DNA of 64,000 bases, from contig JBJHBT010000008.1 of assembly GCA_050485645.1 (NCBI GenBank), positions 71,289 through 135,288 of the forward strand, in the 5' to 3' direction. The position numbers and the translations under genes were made by a program. The notes beneath the pieces are model-generated. The model worked only from the letters and a program-made list of their open reading frames with translations. It made no database searches and was not told the DNA's origin. Positions 58,862 through 64,000 of the stretch are shown here, one piece after another. Position 1 is the first letter of the stretch, and every line of letters begins with the position of its first letter. The stretch comes from Gammaproteobacteria bacterium. Lineage in GTDB: Bacteria > Pseudomonadota > Gammaproteobacteria > Steroidobacterales > Rariloculaceae.

Positions 58862-59950
58862 ATGCTGCGCTGGACGTTGACATGGACTTTCATGAAGCTC
58901 TTTCTGCGCGATGGGCAGGCGATGTTCTTTTCGCTGTTTTTCCCGGTGCTGTTCATGGTGGTCTTCGGCTTTCTCAGCGGCGGTGAACCGGACCCGCTCG
59001 ATATCGGCATCGTTCTTGAGGACGCAGATCGTGACGACGCGCCCGCGGCTGCGTTCATCCGCAGTCTGGAGGACAACCCGGCCTTCGTGGTACTCGTAGC
59101 CGACGAACGGACATTGAGGCGGCAGCTCATCGCGGGTGATCTGGCGCTGGTGCTGGTCATGCCGGAGCGATTCGGCGAACGGGACACGGCCACCGTGCGT
59201 GTGCTTCTGGATGCTTCGCAGGTGTACCAGCAGGCGCTGGTGTTGCCGGTGCTGGAGCAGGGGCTGATGCAGGTGGAACGCGATCTGCGCGGCGAAGGGG
59301 CCATGTTCAGTCTTCAGGTGGAAGACGTGGAGGCCAGGGTTCAGCGCTACATCGACTTCCTGGTGCCGGGCCTGCTGGCCATGTCGCTGCTGACGCTGAG
59401 TCTGGCGGGCAGCGCGTTCAATCTCGTGGAATACCGGCGCAAGGGGATTCTCAAACGGCTCTTCGTCACGCCCCTGCAGCCGAGAGACTTCATTGTCGGA
59501 CTGGTGATGTCGCGCGGCCTGATCTGTATCGCTGAACTGGCTCTGCTGCTGCTCATCGCATGGCTGCTGCTCGATGTGATGATCCTGGGCAGTCTGTTGA
59601 CGCTGCTGCTGATCACCATCCTCGGGGCCGCCGTGTTTCTCAGCCTGGGCTTCGCCGTCGGCAGCCTGGCGAAATCGCAGCAGGCGGTAGGTGCCCTGGG
59701 CAACCTGGTGATCTTTCCGCAGATATTCCTGTCCGGCATTTTCTATCCCATCGACAGCCTGCCGGCGCTGCTTCAGCCGCTGGCCAGCGTGCTGCCGCTG
59801 AGCTTCGTCGCCGATGCCATGCGTGCGGTCATGGTCGACGGTGCCGGCCTGCCGGCCCTGATACCGGAGTTCGCCGGAATGCTCGTGTGGCTGATCATCG
59901 GCCTGTTTCTGGCCGTGCGGCTGTTTGTGTGGCGGGATATCGCGGCTTGA
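58862..59950 (+). CDS. ABC-2 type transporter permease
   Basis: ATG 58862 lies 2 nt after the ATPase stop. N-terminal TM, a large extracytoplasmic loop, then 5 further TM segments (the ABC-2 architecture). Confidence 0.88.
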   Translation: MLRWTLTWTFMKLFLRDGQAMFFSLFFPVLFMVVFGFLSGGEPDPLDIGIVLEDADRDDAPAAAFIRSLEDNPAFVVLVADERTLRRQLIAGDLALVLVMPERFGERDTATVRVLLDASQVYQQALVLPVLEQGLMQVERDLRGEGAMFSLQVEDVEARVQRYIDFLVPGLLAMSLLTLSLAGSAFNLVEYRRKGILKRLFVTPLQPRDFIVGLVMSRGLICIAELALLLLIAWLLLDVMILGSLLTLLLITILGAAVFLSLGFAVGSLAKSQQAVGALGNLVIFPQIFLSGIFYPIDSLPALLQPLASVLPLSFVADAMRAVMVDGAGLPALIPEFAGMLVWLIIGLFLAVRLFVWRDIAA

Positions 59951-59961
59951 AAAAAGCGGCA

Positions 59962-59990
59962 GCGGAAGAGCATCCCTGCGCCTTGGCCGC
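59962..59990. repeat. Solo copy of the core of the 57.9-kb palindromic element, in opposite orientation
   Basis: gcggaagagcatccCtgcgccttggccgc matches the reverse complement of 57957-57985 (gcggaagagcatccAtgcgccttggccgc) at 28 of 29 positions. Confidence 0.85.
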
Positions 59991-60044
59991 CACCTCGAAT
60001 TTCCACATTGCACTAATGTCATAACAATAAGTTACTAGGCGGCC

Positions 60045-61196
60045 GTGGCGCGGGTCTTACACTGCGGGCCGGTCTTGCCCGGGATAGCACCGAGGTCTGG
60101 TTTGGCTGACGCACGCCACTATCTGAAGCTGGAAGGCACCTTCGCCATGCATCGCGGCGGTCGGCTGCCGGGTCCCACGATCGCCTATGAAACCTGGGGC
60201 GAGCTGAACGCGGCGCGCGACAACGCCGTGGTGATCTTCACCGGCCTGTCGCCGTCGGCCCACGCCGCCTCGTCCGCCGAGGACCCCTCGCCGGGCTGGT
60301 GGGAGGAGATCGTCGGCCCGGGGCGCCCGATCGACACGCGCCGCCATTTCGTCATCTGCATCAACTCGCTGGGCAGTTGCTTCGGCTCCACCGGGCCGGC
60401 ATCGGTCGATCCGGTCAGCGGCGACATCTACCGACTGGATTTCCCCGTGCTGTCGCTGGAAGACGTGGCGCGCGGCGGTTACGAAGTGGTGCGCTCGCTG
60501 GGTATCGAGCGCCTGAAGGCCATAGTCGGCCCGTCGATGGGCGGCATGACAGCACTTGCGTTCGAGGTGCTGTTCCCCGGCCTATCCGACGGGCTGCTGG
60601 TGATCTCATCGGGCGCGCGGTCGCTGCCGTTCGCGATTGCGCTGCGTTCGCTGCAGCGCGAGATGATCCGTCGCGATCCGGACTGGATGGGTGGTGGGTA
60701 TCCGCGTGATTCAGTGCCGCTCACCGGCATGCGGCTGGCGCGCAAGCTCGGCATGATCACCTATCGTTCCGCGGACGAGTGGCGGCTGCGGTTCGGTCGC
60801 GAGCGTGCGTCGTCCGAGTACACACATGGCGATCCGTTCGGCATCCTGTTCGAGGTTGAAGCGTACCTGGAGCATCACGCCAACAAGTTCATCGGCCAGT
60901 TCGATCCGAACTGCTATCTGTACCTGTCACGCGCCAGCGATCTGTTCGATGTGGCCGAACACGGTGGTTCGCTGGAAGAAGGGCTGGCCAAGGTCGATTC
61001 CAGGCGCGTGATGGTGATCGGCGTGAACACGGATTTCCTGTTCCCGCTGCATCAGCAGCGGGAACTGGCGGACATGCTGCAGCGCCCGGGTCGCAGCGTC
61101 GAGTACGTCCCGCTGGAGTGCATCAAGGGGCACGATTCGTTTCTGGTGGAGATGGACAGTTTTCGGCCGGTGATCGCGCGGTTCTTTGCGCGCTGA
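60045..61196 (+). CDS. MetX-family alpha/beta-hydrolase acyltransferase (homoserine O-acetyltransferase family; exact substrate uncertain)
   Basis: IAYETWGELN, nucleophile elbow GPSMGGM, and the C-terminal GHDSFLVE motif. The start is uncertain: GTG 60045, or TTG 60102 preceded by GAGG. Confidence 0.85.
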   Translation: MARVLHCGPVLPGIAPRSGLADARHYLKLEGTFAMHRGGRLPGPTIAYETWGELNAARDNAVVIFTGLSPSAHAASSAEDPSPGWWEEIVGPGRPIDTRRHFVICINSLGSCFGSTGPASVDPVSGDIYRLDFPVLSLEDVARGGYEVVRSLGIERLKAIVGPSMGGMTALAFEVLFPGLSDGLLVISSGARSLPFAIALRSLQREMIRRDPDWMGGGYPRDSVPLTGMRLARKLGMITYRSADEWRLRFGRERASSEYTHGDPFGILFEVEAYLEHHANKFIGQFDPNCYLYLSRASDLFDVAEHGGSLEEGLAKVDSRRVMVIGVNTDFLFPLHQQRELADMLQRPGRSVEYVPLECIKGHDSFLVEMDSFRPVIARFFAR

Positions 61197-61514
61197 CGCC
61201 ACCCTTTCCGGGCTTGCCGGCCCCGCCCCGGAACAGATAGTCACGTTGTCACGATCGGCGTTGTCGAGTGCGCGAGCCGGTTGACATCTCTGTGAGCATC
61301 GAGGTATCGCCATGGCTATAGAGTCATCGGGGTGTGTGGCAACCTCGCCTCCGGTTGACGCCGCAGTACGCTCCGCAGTAATGGACCAGAAATGGGAGTG
61401 TAGAGATGACTGAGCTTTGAGATCACTGAGCCGTAGGGAGTTGTCTTTGCATTAATTGTAGTGTATACAAAAGGCCGTTGAGCATTGCAGATTAGAGAAC
61501 ATAAGAGAGGGGCT

Positions 61515-61811
61515 ATGATGAGCCTCTTGATGGTTCTTGGATTCGCGGTGAGTGGCGCGATGGCCTTTCAGTCTTCGAGCACTTCTTGGCCGCACCGCTT
61601 TTACGGAGCTGAAGCGGAGTCAAATGGGTACGAGGTCTTTTTCGAGGTCTACTCACTGACCGATACGCCACCAGCGGCCATTCTGTACTGGGCTCATGGG
61701 ACCTCGATCGAAACCGAAGTTACCGACCACTATGACATCACAACTCCTTTCGGAGTGATCGCATCGTTAATCGCGCGCGTTCATTGGACCACGGCGTTCA
61801 TTGGGACCTGA
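61515..61811 (+). CDS. Hypothetical small exported protein (98 aa)
   Basis: AAGAGAGGGG SD before ATG 61515. N-terminal hydrophobic segment MMSLLMVLGFAVSGAMAFQ. Markedly lower GC than its surroundings. No family recognised. Confidence 0.55.
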   Translation: MMSLLMVLGFAVSGAMAFQSSSTSWPHRFYGAEAESNGYEVFFEVYSLTDTPPAAILYWAHGTSIETEVTDHYDITTPFGVIASLIARVHWTTAFIGT

Positions 61812-61814
61812 AGT

Positions 61815-63791
61815 ATGCGAAGGCTTGTCTGTCTCACGGCTGGTGGAATCCTCGGAGCAGTCGTCTTCAGCGTCATCCCTGGTTCTGGACCAGGCTTCGG
61901 CGGGGCGGGGGTGATCACTGAGCGGTTCCGAGTCGGATCGGAATCGGGAGCCGGAGCGGCTCAGGGCGCACCGCCGGGTTGGGAGGTTCCGACCGGCTTC
62001 ACCGACCGGGTAGCGGCGTATCAGGTCGCAGCGGCTGCAGACGATGTGGTTCACCTGGAATCCCTGATCCGGATGACCGCCGCGATGCCGCGTTCCGCGC
62101 ATCGCGACTTCGAACTCGAAGTGCTGCTGGTGCGGCTTGTCGAACTGGATCCATACCGGGCTGCTGAATCGATCTCATCCTTGCAACTGACGGAGCGTTT
62201 GCTGCGCGGCGTGTTCAAGGCGTGGGTGGAGGTCCGTCCCGATAGCGTATCGCTCGGTTTGAGGGCGATTGACGATGCGGCCGCGGCCCACTCTTTGGCG
62301 CTCACCGTACTCGCCGCAGCCGATATGGATGAAGCGATGCTCGACCGAGTTGCGCTGGCTGTGCCGCAGCTGCGGCGGGAGGGGTTGCGAATCGACGGCC
62401 TGGCACGAAAGGCGGAACATGACTGGCACGGTGCACTGACATTGGCCATGGCCATAGAAGACCGTGGAGCCCAACTGCTTACACTTTCCGGAATTGCGCG
62501 TGCGTCCGCAGTTGCGGACCCACTGGCGGCCCTGGCGCAGTCCGAGAGCATCGCCGATGTGGAGCTTCGCCGCAGTTTTCGCCGACAAATCAAGGAACAG
62601 TGGGCGACGGACGATCCGGGTGGTTTCATGCAATACGTTGCCTACTACACGGAAACTCTCGATGACACAGATCCCTGGAACGCTTACGGTTTGGAGCCGG
62701 CGTTACGAATAGCCGCCGAGGCCGCGCCGCTGGAATTTCTGCATGTGGCCGAGGGGGCGGCGGGACCGCTGCGTACGATGCTTATGTCCGTTGCCCTGGA
62801 GGCGCTCGCGGAGAACGACCCGGCGCAGTTCGTTGCGGACTTCGCGGATGCCGGGTTCATGCGCGACGCAGGAGAGGCTGCCGACACATACGTGCGGGCA
62901 ATCGCGAGAGGACTCGCACGGCGCGATCCGGAACTCGCGCTCCACTGGACGAGATCACTTCACCCCCCTTCCGATGACGCGCATCAGATCGTAATGACGT
63001 TGATTGCGCAGGCCGATCTGCCGCGCGCAATTCAGCTTGAACTGATCCAGCTGGATCTGAATCGACACGCGGGTTCGGCGTTGTCGGCGCCACGATGGCT
63101 GCGCAATGCGCTCTCTGCTACCCGGGATCCGGATGTGTTGGCGCGAGCGGCACAGTCGCTTGCCGCTGCGAATTTGCCCGGAGCACAAGGGATGGTGACC
63201 GCCGTCGTAAACCGATGGGTAGCAAGTGATCCCGATGCGGCGATTTCGTGGGTGCTGTCGCACCCCGGTGCGAGATCCGAACTGATCGCGGGACTTGCAC
63301 AGGAGATTGGCCGCGACGATATGGAAACCGCAATGCGATACGCCAGCATGTTGCCGGAAGAGAGCAGGGCTGCCTGGGTCGTCGCGGCTGCTCGATCGGC
63401 GGCCTCCCGCGATCCGCTGCGTGCAGCGGAGGCCATTGTGCCGTTTCGCGGCGAGCCGGTTCATGATTCCGCGCTCAGTGAGATCGTGGTGCGAGCATTG
63501 TTGGGACGTGGTGATGATCCGCCGCTCGCAGCCCGGTTGCTGGAAGACGCTTCTGCCGAGGTTCTGAATCGGACGGCCGGTGTGGTGGCCCGTCGGTGGG
63601 CCGAGCAGTCGCCCATGGAAGCGGCTGAATGGGCGATCCGGGTCACGGCGCCCGATGCACGGGCGCGTGCTCTGCGGTCGTCGCTCAGCGTATGGCGACA
63701 GTCCGATGCTCTCGGAGCGAGTCAGTGGGCGCAGAGTCTGCCGGACAGCCTGATCAGAGGCGAAGCGCTCGGCTACCTGTCTGACCCGTAA
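61815..63791 (+). CDS. Hypothetical N-terminally membrane-anchored alpha-helical repeat protein (658 aa)
   Basis: MRRLVCLTAGGILGAVVFSVIPG anchor. At least 12 degenerate units with the core [L/W]xxxDPxxAxx[W/L]. Starts 3 nt after the preceding stop. Confidence 0.7.
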   Translation: MRRLVCLTAGGILGAVVFSVIPGSGPGFGGAGVITERFRVGSESGAGAAQGAPPGWEVPTGFTDRVAAYQVAAAADDVVHLESLIRMTAAMPRSAHRDFELEVLLVRLVELDPYRAAESISSLQLTERLLRGVFKAWVEVRPDSVSLGLRAIDDAAAAHSLALTVLAAADMDEAMLDRVALAVPQLRREGLRIDGLARKAEHDWHGALTLAMAIEDRGAQLLTLSGIARASAVADPLAALAQSESIADVELRRSFRRQIKEQWATDDPGGFMQYVAYYTETLDDTDPWNAYGLEPALRIAAEAAPLEFLHVAEGAAGPLRTMLMSVALEALAENDPAQFVADFADAGFMRDAGEAADTYVRAIARGLARRDPELALHWTRSLHPPSDDAHQIVMTLIAQADLPRAIQLELIQLDLNRHAGSALSAPRWLRNALSATRDPDVLARAAQSLAAANLPGAQGMVTAVVNRWVASDPDAAISWVLSHPGARSELIAGLAQEIGRDDMETAMRYASMLPEESRAAWVVAAARSAASRDPLRAAEAIVPFRGEPVHDSALSEIVVRALLGRGDDPPLAARLLEDASAEVLNRTAGVVARRWAEQSPMEAAEWAIRVTAPDARARALRSSLSVWRQSDALGASQWAQSLPDSLIRGEALGYLSDP

Positions 63792-63839
63792 AGTCCGCGA
63801 TGATCGCGCCGGTCGGCAACTGCAATCGGAGTCCAGTCG

Positions 63840-64000
63840 ATGATCAGGAATGACTTGTCGTTGTGTTTGATCGGCTTCGTATTCGGAAGCATTGCGGCGT
63901 ATCTTGCGTACCCGAACAGGCAGCCGCCGTCATCGACCGAAGTAGGTTTCGATGCGCCTGCCGCGATTCCCGTTGGATCAGTCGGCGGAGTGACGACCTC
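63840..64000 (+). CDS. Hypothetical membrane-anchored protein, 5' fragment (continues past the window end)
   Basis: GGAG 8 nt upstream of ATG 63840. The frame is open to the window edge. MIRNDLSLCLIGFVFGSIAAYLAYP is an N-terminal TM segment. Not in the ORF track because it is truncated. Confidence 0.4.
   Translation, partial: MIRNDLSLCLIGFVFGSIAAYLAYPNRQPPSSTEVGFDAPAAIPVGSVGGVTT

Overview
High-GC chromosomal segment, about 63-70% G+C in the 60-nt blocks I counted by hand. Gene order is gammaproteobacterial in style, and coding is dense on both strands. Most of the window is conserved housekeeping synteny.

Gene content in order:
- 1-7.4 kb: a TonB-dependent receptor fragment, then a class-V aminotransferase / GntR regulator / YdiJ-like FAD-FeS oxidase module, then a YihY-family membrane protein.
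- 7.5-15.6 kb: a PAS-GAF-GGDEF-EAL protein, lepA, a small oxidoreductase/membrane-protein pair, and a MetE-like methyltransferase.
- 15.7-25.2 kb: a TonB-dependent receptor divergent from an MmyB-like regulator-SnoaL-TauD unit, a secreted DUF2272-like protein, an FAD oxidoreductase and a PafA-like phosphatase.
- 25.2-36.1 kb: a long minus-strand array of VKOR-Trx, DUF4159, methyltransferase, gamma-carbonic anhydrase, gpmA, the 1600-aa NAD-glutamate dehydrogenase, zapE and an acyltransferase.
- 36.3-40.9 kb: xerD-dsbC, tRNA-Leu(CAA), and an ECF sigma / anti-sigma / tandem-PDZ operon.
- 41.1-57.9 kb: queA-tgt-yajC-secD-secF, suhB, then trmJ-cysteine desulfurase-IscU-like-iscA-ndk-rlmN-pilW-rodZ-hisS-yfgM-bamB-der.
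- 58.1-61.2 kb: an ABC-2 exporter pair and a MetX-family acyltransferase.

I see no rRNA, CRISPR array, transposase, phage or plasmid genes. I see no recognisable defence or toxin system, and nothing I can honestly call a clear novel system.

The non-ordinary parts, all hypotheses to be tested:
1. A compositionally atypical tail (61.2-64 kb) with a small secreted protein and a membrane-anchored 658-aa DP-repeat protein.
2. The ECF sigma / anti-sigma / protease-less tandem-PDZ module.
3. A pared-down isc cluster whose IscU homologue has lost two of three cluster-ligand cysteines.
4. A 129-bp nested perfect palindrome after der, whose core recurs inverted on the other side of the ABC-2 operon.
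5. Several short repeat or operator-like motifs in divergent promoter regions.
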